Shown here: piece by piece, positions 1-11,450 of the stretch
How the letters are laid out: each line of letters begins with the position of its first letter
Numbering within the stretch: the first letter of the stretch is position 1
Origin: Felis catus
Lineage: Eukaryota
Length of the DNA stretch: 64,000 nt
Assembly: GCF_018350175.1 (NCBI RefSeq)
Contig: NC_058368.1
Location: 183,708,001 to 183,772,000, forward strand
Direction of reading: 5' to 3'
Translations under genes and position numbers: made by a program
Notes under the pieces: generated by a model
What the model saw: only the letters and a program-made list of their open reading frames with translations
The model's database searches: none
What the model was told of the DNA's origin: nothing

Positions 1-228
1 CACTATTATTTTGTTACTCAGCTTCCTTTATTATCTTCTCCTGAAGAGGCTTTAGAAGTTTTCTTGGTTTTTGTTTGCTTTTACATTTTATATGCAAAAA
101 AGGAACTATAATTCAATTTTTATCTCCTATAGTCATTTGGCTAATCCTAATAATCTATGCTGCTATTTGCTACCTTAGAATTTTTTAAGGTTTATTTATT
201 TATTTTGAGATAGAGACAGTGGATGAGG

Positions 229-273
<45 letters not shown>

Positions 274-660
274 TCTCAAGCAAGAGCTTGAACCCACAAA
301 CCCTGAGATCATGACATAAGCCAAAATCAAGAGGTGGACGCTTAACCAAATGAGACAGCCAGGTGTCCTCTACCTTGGAATTTTGATATCAATCTTCTAT
401 AGTCCTCTAGCTTAGGGTTAGTAAGTTCAGTGTGATTCTTATCCCTGAGACTGTGAATGTGACTGATTATTTCCTTCTGGAAGTTCTGTGACCTTCTCTC
501 CAACTCTGGTATCCTAAATTTTCATAATGATGTGCCTAGTGTGGATTATTTTTCACTTAATTTTTGAGACCTTGGTGGATATTTTCTATCTGAAAAGTCA
601 CATCCTTCAGTTGTAGAAAATTTTATTGTACATCTCTTTCACATTTTTCTCCAAAATTTC
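1..660 (-). mobile_element. Ancient L1 (L1ME/HAL1-like) ORF1-region fragment, interrupted by a SINE
   Basis: T-rich sequence with 'ttcataatgatgtgcctagtgtggattatttt...ttctatctgaaaagtcacatccttcagttgtagaaaatttt' resembling antisense old-L1 ORF1; boundaries approximate. Confidence 0.55.
185..368 (-). mobile_element. Can-SINE (older feliform type)
   Basis: T-rich tail, (GA)n 233-270, 'gagatcatgac...gacgcttaacc...gccaggtgtcc'; TSD ctacctt(a/g)gaatttt at 170-184 and 370-384. Confidence 0.92.
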
Positions 661-1496
661 CGTAGCCTGCCTGCCTTCCTACCTTCCTTCCTCTTTCCCT
701 CCATATATAACTCTATGAAGACATTATCCTTTTTCCAGCTTTTATCCCTTTGGCTCTCCAGATTTGCCTTTGTTTCTTTTCATTTCCCTCAGACTCCTGA
801 CTATTGTCAAGTATTTGATCTCCTAGATACACTTTCAGTAGTTTTTACATAAAGTAAAGCTGATTTCTTAGTCTTGCAACCAAGGCAAGAGATCTAAATG
901 ACACACCAAACAGTTTTACAAGAAACAGATATAATAAGATTATGTATGTTTATATAAACATACTTAGAATATAATCATTACACTTGAACTGATTCTTGTT
1001 TTATCTTTCCATATTTTAGTGGCATAATAATATATGTATATATAAACAGTTATAATATATAATTAATATGTATACAATTCTGTCAATAAAAAATACAATG
1101 CAAGAACCATTCTAAATATGATTTAAACTTAAAAAATATGTTATATCATATTGATTTTGATGCTGATTGCAATAGGTACAAAAATAAAATGCTTTAGAAT
1201 TGAAAATTTTCAATCCTAGAGAAAAATGAATATAAATGTTTCATATCCATGAAAATAAAGTAACTGGGCTGGAAACTTTAGAAGATTTGTTTGGAAGGAA
1301 CTTTTATTTCTAAAATGCTTTCTAATGTACTTAATGATAAATAATTAGTGTTAAAGCAAATTATTTAACATGATTATATACTGGGTTATAATGGAAATTT
1401 ATTATGAGGGACACAGTATGCTTCTTTTACAAGTATGGATATAAGAAACAGTATATTTCAAATTCATTCCAGAGGCTATTTTAAACTTTTCATTTA

Positions 1497-1721
1497 TTTA
1501 TTTATTTATTTATTTATTTTAACATTTATTTATTTTTGAGACAGAGAGACAGAGCATGAATGGGGGAGGGGCAGAGAGAGAGGGAGACACAAAATCAGAA
1601 GCAGGCTCCAGGCTCTGAGCCGTCAGCCCAGAGCCCGACGCGGGGCTTGAACCCATGGACCGCGAGATCGTGACCTGAGCTGAAGTCAGACGCTTAACCG
1701 ACTGAGCCACCCAGGCGCCCC
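1497..1721 (-). mobile_element. Young felid Can-SINE (SINEC_Fc-like)
   Basis: Near-consensus body ending 'gagccacccaggcgccc', CpGs retained; perfect TSD taaacttttcattta at 1482-1496 and 1722-1736. Confidence 0.97.
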
Positions 1722-2249
1722 TAAACTTTTCATTTAAAATATAACTTTTACATTCTATGTCATGGTAAAAGCACAATTATGTTTAATTTTACTGAAGATG
1801 CTTTATTGTTTAAAGATGCTGTTATACAATAATGTTCTATTATGCCATCAATAAAAACATTACATTATATTGGTATAAATGTCATCAATTATGCATTGTA
1901 AAATGCAAACATATGTACTCATTCTTACTAATTCAAGTTACTCTGTAAAACTGAAGTGAGAGAAGGTGTCTATTCTATTGAAAATATGAAAAAGTTAATA
2001 TAAAACATTTAATTTATTCAATGATTATTATATACTTTTTTTGAATAGATCAAAAACAATGTAGCAAGGGACAGTATGAAAAGAGATCATTAGTTTTAAA
2101 TGCCTTTTTTTTCTACCTAAGGCAAACAAGAATGATTTCTGTGATTGAGTTTTACCTGCCCCAAACTAATTAAGAGTATTCCTGATTTATTTTTAATTTT
2201 TGTTTCATTTGTTGCTTAATTATAGTGGAAATTATTAATATTTTCTTTA

Positions 2250-2745
2250 AGAGAGCATTACTGGATATCAGCAGGAATGATAATAGAGTAAGGAACTCAA
2301 AAAACCTCACCTCCATATATACAATGAGAAAAGAGGAAAAACTGTCAAAATCAAGTTTTCAGAACTCTTGAAACTAACCAAAGAAGTTCAAAACCAGGCA
2401 ATGTTTAATAAAAAAAAAAAAAAACTGAATCTTGGCCTAAAGAGTGAGCATTGTGGCACTTTAAATTGCCCTCTCCCTCCACACCCCCCCCCCCATGTCT
2501 TCTATTGTAGACTTAAAATCTAATATTGTAGAAGTCACTGGAGAAGGGTGAACATGTTTGGAGAGCTCCAATGCCCCATTCTCCATTAACTGTCATTATA
2601 TGACCTGTACGGAAATTCCCTGGAAAGCTTCATTTGCAATAATTTACTTGATCCAGCTGAGAGATTACCCAAAGTAAACAGACTTTTCCCAAAGGGTATT
2701 TGTCAAATACAACAGTAGCAACTGTTTAACACTGCAGATGCCTTA
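2250..2745 (+). mobile_element. Older L1 5'-end/UTR-like segment
   Basis: 'agagtaaggaactc...caatgagaa...ctgtcaaaatcaagttttcagaactcttgaaactaaccaaag...ctgaatcttgg' resembles 5' ends of older mammalian L1s; subfamily uncertain. Confidence 0.55.
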
Positions 2746-3314
2746 GATGAACTCAGCAACACCTTCAAGTGTAATAACATTTGCATTACAAAGATACCAG
2801 AACACAAGAGAGAAGGTGGGCACAAAATTTATTTAAAGAAATAATGTGAAAATTTCCCCAATCTGTGGTAGGAAACAGAAAGCCAGGTGCAGTAGGCACA
2901 GAGAACCCTCAACAAAATTAACCCAAGGAGGTCCACACTAAGACACACAGTAATTAAAATTGTAAAAAGAAGTGACAAAGAGAGAATCTTAAAAGTATCA
3001 GGAGAAAAGAAAACAGTTACATGCAAAGGAAATCCCATAGGCTATCAGCCGATTTTTCAGCAGAAACTTTGCAGGCCAGGAGGGAGTGGCATGACATATT
3101 CTAAGTACTGAAAGAAAAACAAAACAGACAAACCAACAAAACTTACAAGGCTAGCATTCAGAAAGGGAGAGATTAAGAGATGAAGAGTTTCCTAGACAAA
3201 CACAAATTAAAGGAATTCACGGCCACTAAACCAGCCTTGTAGGAAATGTTAAAGGGGACTCTTTGAGTGGAAAAGGAAGGTCTTCCTTTCAGTAGGATTA
3301 AGAAAAGGAGGAAA

Positions 3315-3502
3315 AGGGCACTTGGGTGGCTCATCAATTAACTGTCTGACTCTTGATCTTAGCTCAGATTATGATTTCATGGTCATGAGACTGAGCTTTG
3401 CATTAGGCACCTGCTGGGCGTGGTGCCTGCCCAAGATTATCTCTCTCTCTCTCCCTCAGCCCCTATTTCTCTCTCTCAAAAATAAATAAATTAATTAAAA
3501 AA
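3315..3502 (+). mobile_element. Can-SINE nested in L1
   Basis: 'gggcacttgggtggctc...gatcttagctcag...(ct)n...aataaataaa'; diverged. Confidence 0.9.
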
Positions 3503-4387
3503 TGTAGGAAGAGATCATCAACTTAATATTAACTATTATATGCATACAAGGTCATATGCAAACCTAATGGTAACCACCAATAAAAAAAAACAGTAATGCA
3601 TATGCAAAAAATAAAGTGTATCACTAAAGAAAGCCAACAAACCATGAGAACAGAGTAAGAGAAGAAACAGATAAGAATTACAAAAATAATTATAAAATAA
3701 GTAGCAAAATGATAATACACACATACCTATCAATAATTACTTTGAATGTAAATGGATCACTCTACTCAAAAGATATAGGGTGATAAAATGGATTAAATAA
3801 GCAAGACCCATCTATATGCTGCCAACAAGAGACTCAGACCGAAAGACACATACAGACTGAAAGTGAAAGGATAGAAAATTATTTACCATGCAAATGAAAG
3901 TGAAAAAAAAGCTGGAGTAACAACACTTATATCACTCAAAGTAAACTTTAAAACAAAGACTGTAACAAAAGACAAAAAAAGGCACTATAAAATCATAAAG
4001 GGAACAATTCAACAAGAAGATATAACAATTGTAACATTTGTAACAATTGTAACAATTGTAACATGGAGGCACCCAAATACATAAAGCAGCTAATAACAAA
4101 CATGAAGGAAGTAATCAATAGTAATACATATATACAAACAGGAAATAAATAAGGAAAGAGTGGTTTTCAATGACACATTGACTACATAGATCCAATAGAT
4201 ATATACAGAATATTTCATTCTAAAATAGCAGAATACATTTTCAAGTACACATGGAAAATTCTCCAGAAAAGATCATATTAGGTCACAAAACAAACCCCAA
4301 TAAATTCAAAAAGATTGAAATCCTATCACTGATATTTTCCAACCACAATAGTATGAAACTAGAAATCAACCATGAGAAAAAATCTGA

Positions 4388-4602
4388 GGGGCGCCTGCGT
4401 GGCTCAGTCAGTTAAGCATCCAACTTTGGTTCAGGTCATGGTCTCACAGTTAGTGATTTTGAGCCCCATGTTGGGTTCTGTGCTGACAGCTCAGAGCCTG
4501 AAGCCTGCTTCAGATTCTGTCTCCCTCTCTCTTGCCCCTCCCCTGTTCACACTATCTCTCTCTCTCAAAAGTGAATAAACGTTAGAATTTTTTTTTAAAT
4601 AA
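4388..4602 (+). mobile_element. Can-SINE nested in L1 ORF2
   Basis: 'ggggcgcctgcgtggctcagtcagttaagc...ctcagagcctgaagcctgcttcagattc'; flanked by atctga on both sides. Confidence 0.95.
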
Positions 4603-6697
4603 GATCTGAAAAGAACACAAATGAAGGCTAAATAACATGCTATTAACCAAAAAATTAAAAAGGAAATAAAAACATATATGCAGACAAATGAAAATGAAAA
4701 CCCAACAGTCCAAAATCTATGCGATACAGCAAGAGCTGTTCTAGTAGGGAAGGTTGTAGCAATACCTACCTCAAGAAGCAAGGAAAATCACATAAACAAC
4801 CTAAACTTACACCTAAAAAAGCTAGAAAAAGAACAAAGCTCAAAACCAGTAAAGTTAGGAAATAATAAAGATTAGAGCAGAGATAAAAAAAAATAGAGAC
4901 TATAATAAACAACAAAACAGATCAATGAAACCAGGAGGAGGTTCTTTGAAAGAATCAACAAAATTGATAAAACTTCAGCCAGACTCATCCAAAAAAAAAA
5001 AAGACTCAAATAAAATCAAAAATTAAGAAAGAGAAATAACAAGTAACAACTCAAAAGATTAGGAGAATATTATGAAAAATTATATGTCAGCAAACTGACC
5101 AACCCTAAAGAAATGGATAAATTCCTAAAAATATATAACCTCCCAAAACTCAATCATGAAGACACAGAAAATCTGAAAAGACGGATTACTAACAATGAAA
5201 TTGAATCAGTAATCAAAAAACTCCCAACGACAAAAGGACAGGACTAGATGGTTTCATAGGTGACTTCTACCAAACATTTAAAAAACAGTTAATACCTATT
5301 CCTCTCAAATTATTCCAAAACATAGAAGAGGAAGGAAAGTTTCCAAATTCATTCTATGAAGCCCGCATTCCCCTGATACCAAAACAAGATAAAGACACTA
5401 CAAAAAAAGAGAACTATAGGCCAATATCTCTGGTGAACACAGAATGCAAAAATCCTCAAGAAAATATTGCTGAGTCAAACAACACATTAAAAAAATCATG
5501 TAACACAATCAAGTGGGATTTATTCCCAGGATGCAAGGGCTGTTCAATATTTGCTAATCAATCAGTGTGATACATCACAACAAAAAATGCAGAAAAAAAC
5601 ATTTGACAATGTAAAACATATCCATGATAAAAACCTACAACAAAGTAGTTTTAGAGGGAGTATACCTCAACATAATGAAAACCTCATACACAAAACCCAC
5701 AGCTAACATCATACTAAATGGTGAAAAACTGAAAGCTTTTTCCCTAAGGTCAATAACAAAACAAGGAGATCCACTCTCACCATTTTTATTCAGCATGGTA
5801 CTGGAAGTCCTAGCCAGAGTAATCAGACAACAGAAAGAAATAAAAGGCATCCAAATTGGCAAGGAAGAAGTAAAACTTTCATTATTTGCAAATGACATAA
5901 TATATAGAAAACACTAAAGACCACCAAAAAACTACTAGAACTGATGCATGAATTTGGTAAGGTTGCAGGATACAAAATCAATGTTTTAAAATCTGTATCA
6001 TTACTATATACTAATAATGAAGTAGCAGAAGGAGAAATTAAGAAAATTAGAAATAAGAAATTAAGAAAACAATCCCATTTTCAATTGAAGCAAATAAGGA
6101 ACAAACTTAGGAATAAACTTAACCAAGGAGGTGAAAAACTTGTACTTTCATCTATAACATAGAGGCAAGAAAGTGAAGAGACACCAAGAATGGAAAGACA
6201 TTCCATGCTCACGGACTGAAATAACAATTATTGTTAAGATGTCCATACTATTCAAATAAATCTATAAATTTAATGCAATCCCTATCAAAATACCAACAGT
6301 GTTTTTCACAGAACTAGAACAAATAATCCTAAAATTTGTATGAAGCCACAAAAGACACTGAATAACCAAAACAATCTTGAAAAAGAACAGAACGGGAAGT
6401 ATCAAAATCCTAGATTTCAAGATACATTGAAAAGCTGTGTAATAATAAAAACAGTATGATATTGGCACAAAACCAGACACATAGATCAAAAGAACAGAAA
6501 AAAGCCCAGAAATAACCCCACAATTATATGATCAATTAGTCTAAGACAAAGGAGGCACGAATGTGTAATGGGAAAAAGTCTCTACAACAAATCTTGCTGG
6601 TAAAACTGAATAGTTACATGCAAAAGTATGAAACTGGACCACATTCTTACACCATACACATAAATAAACTCGGAATGGATCAAAAACCTACACGTGA

Positions 6698-6902
6698 GGG
6701 CCACTTGGGTGGCTCAGTGGCGTCTGACTCTTGGTTTTGCCTCAGATCATGATCTTATGGTTTGTGGGGTCAAGCCCCACATCAGGCTCTCTGCTGACAG
6801 TGTGCAGCCTGCTTGGGATTCATTCTTTCTTTTCTTTTCTTTTCTTTTCTTTTCTTTTCTTTTCTTTTCTTTTCTTTTCTTTTCTTTTCTTTTCTTTTCT
6901 TT

Positions 6903-6976
<74 letters not shown>

Positions 6977-7036
6977 CCCCTACTCATGCTCCCCCCATTC
7001 ATGCTCCCCCCCCCTCAAAATAAATATACTTAAAAA
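6698..7036 (+). mobile_element. Can-SINE nested in L1, with expanded internal microsatellite
   Basis: SINE head 'gggccacttgggtggctcag'; TSD aaaacc(t/a)aca(c/t)gtgag at 6683-6698 and 7038-7053. Confidence 0.92.
6826..6973. repeat. Compound microsatellite (TTTTC)n(TTTC)n(TC)n
   Basis: Directly visible pure pyrimidine tract. Confidence 0.98.
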
Positions 7037-8647
7037 CAAAACCAACATGTGAGACCTAAAACTGTAAAAATCCTAGAAGGGAACACAGGCAATAATTTCT
7101 CTGACAACTACAATAGCAACATCTTTCTATATATGTCTCCTGAGTCAAGAGAAACAAATGCAAAAATAAACTATTGAGAATACATCAAAATAAAAAGCTT
7201 TTCCACAGCAAAGGAAACAATGAACAAAATTAAAAGATAACGTACTGAATGGGAGAAGATATTTGCAAATCACATATCTGATAAAGAGTTAGTATTCAAA
7301 ATATATACGGAAGTTCTATAACTCAACACCAAAAAAAAAAAAAAACCCACAAATATTCCAACTAAAAAATGTGCAGAAGATATGAACAGACATTTCTCCA
7401 AAGAATACATACACATGACCTACAGACATATGAAAAGTTGCTCAACAACATTCATCATCAGGGAAATGCAAATCAAAACCACAATGAGATATTACCTCAC
7501 ACCTGTCACAATGGCTAAAATCAAAAACACAAGAAACAACAAGTATTAGATGATGATGTGGACTGTCGGTGGAAATACAAAAACTGGTGCAACCACTGTG
7601 GAAAAAAGTGTAGAGGTTCCTCAAAAAATAAAAAAATAGAACTACCATATCATCCAGTAATTCCACTAATGGGTATTTATTCAAAGAATATGAAAACACT
7701 AATTCAAAAAGATATATTCACCCCTACATTTATTGCAGCATTATTTACAACAGCCATGATTTGGAAGCAACCCAAGTATTTATTGATAGATGAATGGATA
7801 AAAAAGTGACATACACACACATATACACACATATATATATATACACATATATGTTGAATCACATATATATATTGTTGAATCACTATATTGTACACCTGAA
7901 ACTAATATAACACTGTATGTTAACAATATTGGAATTAAATAAAAGATATACAACTATTCAACAAGCACCTGAAAAGATACTTAACATTATTATTCCTTGG
8001 GGAAATTTTGTGGAGTTATAAGAGTGTTTTACAAATTTTGGATAGATTTCAATTAAACCTAAAAAACAGGTGAAATCACAAATATCAAGTACTGTTAACG
8101 ACATACCACATAAAGGTATCGGTTCTTAAAGTTAATTGTGCATATAAACTATATAGGGGGGTTGTGAAAAATATACATCCTTAAATTTTAGAGATAAACA
8201 TTAGAGAGTATGAAAGGAAGGGTAACAACATAACAAAGAGGAAAAATATTTTTTATTTCTAATAAATCATTTTTCCTAATTTAGTATATATTGCAATAAA
8301 GATAATTTTGTCCAATATTGTTAATAACAATGTGTCAGAATGTCTTAAAACATCTGCCTATGTCCCCATACTCCTTAAATGAATTAAACTGATGCCTATA
8401 AGTATCACACTTTTATTAAATGATTCAAATATTTTTTGAGCACCTAGAAAATCTAAGACTCTCTTTTTGATTCTATAAGTAAATGGGACACTTACAGAAA
8501 ACTAAGTTTTAATTATTTTTAATTATCTAAGAGCTCACAAATTAAAGTAAAATATTTTTATTAACATTTGGTCTTATATTGACAAAATATAAAAAATTCA
8601 ATTAAATAAGTTTATAGAAGATTCCTATGTTCTAAACACTGTTCATT

Positions 8648-8703
8648 CGTTCTTTCTTTCTTTCTTTCTTTTCTTTTCTTTTCTTTTCTTTTCTTTCTTT
8701 CTT

Positions 8704-8763
<60 letters not shown>

Positions 8764-8928
8764 TGAGCAGGAAAGAGGAGTAGAGGGAGAAAGGGAGAAT
8801 CTCCCTCTCAAGCAGGCTCCATGCTTAGCACAGAACCTGATGCAGGACTCAATCTCACCACCTAGAGATCATGACCTGGGCCAAAATCAAAAGTTGGAGG
8901 CTCAACTGACTGAGCTACCCAGGTGCCC
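8648..8928 (-). mobile_element. Can-SINE with (TTTC)n/(TTTTC)n tail and long (GA)n
   Basis: 'caagcaggctccatgcttagcacagaacctgatgcaggactc...gagatcatgacctg...ctgagctacccaggtgccc'. Confidence 0.92.
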
Positions 8929-10879
8929 TGTGTTTACTTTTCTAATGAAAAATGGCCACATGAATTGAATTTCATCTAGTTATTAAAAAAGCAGTCAATT
9001 CATCATACCAGTATCTTTTTTTTTTTTTAAATATGGACACAAACTTCTTTTAAACACACACACACAATCTCAAATGTTATATTAGATGTTAACTGAGAAG
9101 ACAGGGTATCATAAAAAAATAGTAGTAAAGAGTGATTTTTATCTCCCCTTCTATCTATTTTTCAAATTTAATTTTCACAAGCATAATTGATTGAATGATT
9201 TAAAAGTGTGATTAAACAAAAGTATATAGCTTGCTTTATTTTAGTAACAAAGAATCATAGTTTATAGGGTGATGAGCATCATAATTATAGTTGTGGTCTA
9301 TTTTTTTCTTGATGAGCCTATAGGATAAAATGGCTGGGAAAAACAAACAAAAAAACTGAAGAAAGCAATCTAAGCTAATTGTACTGATCCAGGACTAACA
9401 ATGAGAATAGAATTAGCTGGATACATATGTGCCATAGCTGGATTTTAATTCATCATTATTACTAAATATATGTGTGAAATGAGGGGAAATTATATTTTAT
9501 ACAACCATATTTTTCCGTATCAATCATCAGGAAGATTTTGCTAATGATAATTAAAAAACAAAAGAGGAATAGAAATTAGAAATCTTGGTTTTTAAGATTG
9601 TGTATGTATGTGCAATATATGGGAGGAAGGAGAGAAAGAGGCAGGTCATTTTTGATATGCTTCTAAGATTTTAAGAGAAAGATAAAAGAAAGAATTGAAC
9701 TTTGGAATGATGATACCCATGTATCATTTGTTAACCTGAGTTCTCTGTGGTAAATTTAGAAGATAAACTATAAAGAATTCACATATAAACAGGTATACAT
9801 CTGTGACAACTCTTGATTTTATGGTATACTTCCATTTATGTTTCCTTTACACATTGAATTATAATAGAAAATGAAAGAAGTACACACTAATTTACCCACA
9901 TATTCTCATATGCCCACATAGCTGTGTGTAGAAGGGACAGTTTGTAATAAAATTGACATCTCTAAAGTCATGAAGAGTTTTTTTCTTCTAACTGTATTTA
10001 TATGCATAGAGTTGATATTTCAGATATTTTTGTGGTAAGATAGTCTTTTGGGACTTCAACTACTGGGGATAAAAGGAGTGTGATGTTGATAGAATTCAAA
10101 ATGCCGTTTGAAGAGGCATGCAAAACTGGATCTCTCTTATTACCTTCATAAAAACTGTGGAAAATAGCAATCTTATGTCAATTATATTAAATACACTTAT
10201 TTTTATATTTTCAGCACAGGGCTTTGAAATTTTAACAAGATTTAAATGTAAATGATAAGTTATCATGATATGATTTTAATAGCACCAACACATCAGAAAA
10301 AGATAATTACCATCTTACACTTTCAACCATCCTTGGAAAATTTAAAATATGCAGTTGGGCTTAGGCATTTGGTAGTTGTCTAATATAGAACATATTTAAA
10401 TATAAATGCTTTCTAAATACAAATCATTGACAGTTTAATATGCAATGATTCACAAATAAGTATTCTGGCCTCCAAAACTCTGCTATACATGTGTGTATCA
10501 ACATCTATCTTTGGTCATAAAAATCTAGGAATTGATTTAGATATATTTAGCAAATGGTAACAATGCATTAAGCTAAACTTAATAGTAAGTATGCAGATCA
10601 CACAATACTCAAGGGTTAAAAAGAACATATATATGTAATTTTAGCACAAATGTGCTATCCTCTTAGCAATGTATCTACAAAAATCTTCAGACCCATGAAA
10701 CGCTCCATAGTAATGACATACACTTGTACAAGTCCTGTTCGTCTTAATACTAGCTAATGAAGAAATGGTCAATATTTGTCAACCAAAGTGAGCAAAATAT
10801 TAGGGGAACATTAAGATATAATTGTAAAACATTTCCTTAGGATCTAGGCATACACTTCTGTCCTTTGCCTTCATAAAAG

Positions 10880-11450
10880 ACTACATTCAATCAACAAATG
10901 TTTACTGAGTTTTCACTCTAAGTAAATATCCATCAATGCACTGGAATATTAGAAGAGGACAAGAAGGTTAATGCTCTGCACAAACTTTGTTCTAATACAT
11001 GGAGACATACAATAAATAAGGACAACAGACAAGACACTTTCATCTAAGCGTAAGTACTATGAAGAAAAATACTGTGATTTGTTTGTGTGTGTGTATGTGT
11101 GCACATGCACACACAGTGTAAGTGACAGAGGGGATGATTTGACCTTTCATCTAGTGATAAGACGCAGTGGAGGGAACAATGCCCACAGAGGGAATAATGT
11201 ATAAATGCCTGAAGATTGTGTGTGTGTGCACAGAAGTGCATGCCTGCACATGTAGCATGTGGGACTGAGGAGAAGATTAGAGCTTTTTTCTAATAACAAG
11301 AAGCAGACAGCCATGTAAACATGGGGTTTGGGGACAAATGTCCATGGAGGGAATAGTATGTGTAGTGCCTTCCGACTGGAAAGAGATTGGCATGGTTGAA
11401 GGAGAGAAAGAAGGGCAGTATTCATAGAACACAGTGAGAAAGGGGGAAAA
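10880..11450 (-). mobile_element. L2 3'-end fragment
   Basis: 'cattcaatcaacaaatgtttactgag' is the typical antisense L2 tail, followed by purine-rich L2-like sequence. Confidence 0.65.

Larger units (their letters stand above)
2745..7944 (+). mobile_element. Degraded carnivore LINE-1: 3' part of ORF1, ORF2 (EN/RT) and 3' end; many stops, frameshifts and deletions
   Basis: ORF-track peptides match L1 ORF2 ([40 protein letters not shown]...[10 protein letters not shown]...[18 protein letters not shown], where the RT FADD motif is mutated; FIAALFTTAMIWKQPK); 3' end 'tgtacacctgaaactaatataacactgtatgttaac...aataaaa'. Confidence 0.96.

Noticed and set aside
1199..1214. 16-bp perfect palindrome attgaaaattttcaat
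   Set aside because: Almost purely A/T in a very AT-rich region; plausible by chance
1519..1776. Recurrent ORFs with GAWVAQSVKRLTSAQV / LEPASDSVSPSLSAPPP peptides (also 4372, 15078, 28937, 54130, 60609)
   Set aside because: Translations of Can-SINE sequence, not a gene family
5624..5917. Reverse-transcriptase-like ORF as a functional gene
   Set aside because: Fragment of dead L1 ORF2 with a mutated catalytic motif and surrounding frameshifts
6694..7052. F/S/L-rich and K/R/E-rich ORFs
   Set aside because: Artefacts of a stop-free microsatellite
9269..9360. C/D-box snoRNA-like GTGATGA...CTGA
   Set aside because: No terminal stem or recognisable rRNA guide; A-rich low-complexity interior
11083..11117. 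(TG)n/(CA)n fold-back hairpin as a pre-miRNA
   Set aside because: Alternating purine-pyrimidine simple repeat; too short and low-complexity
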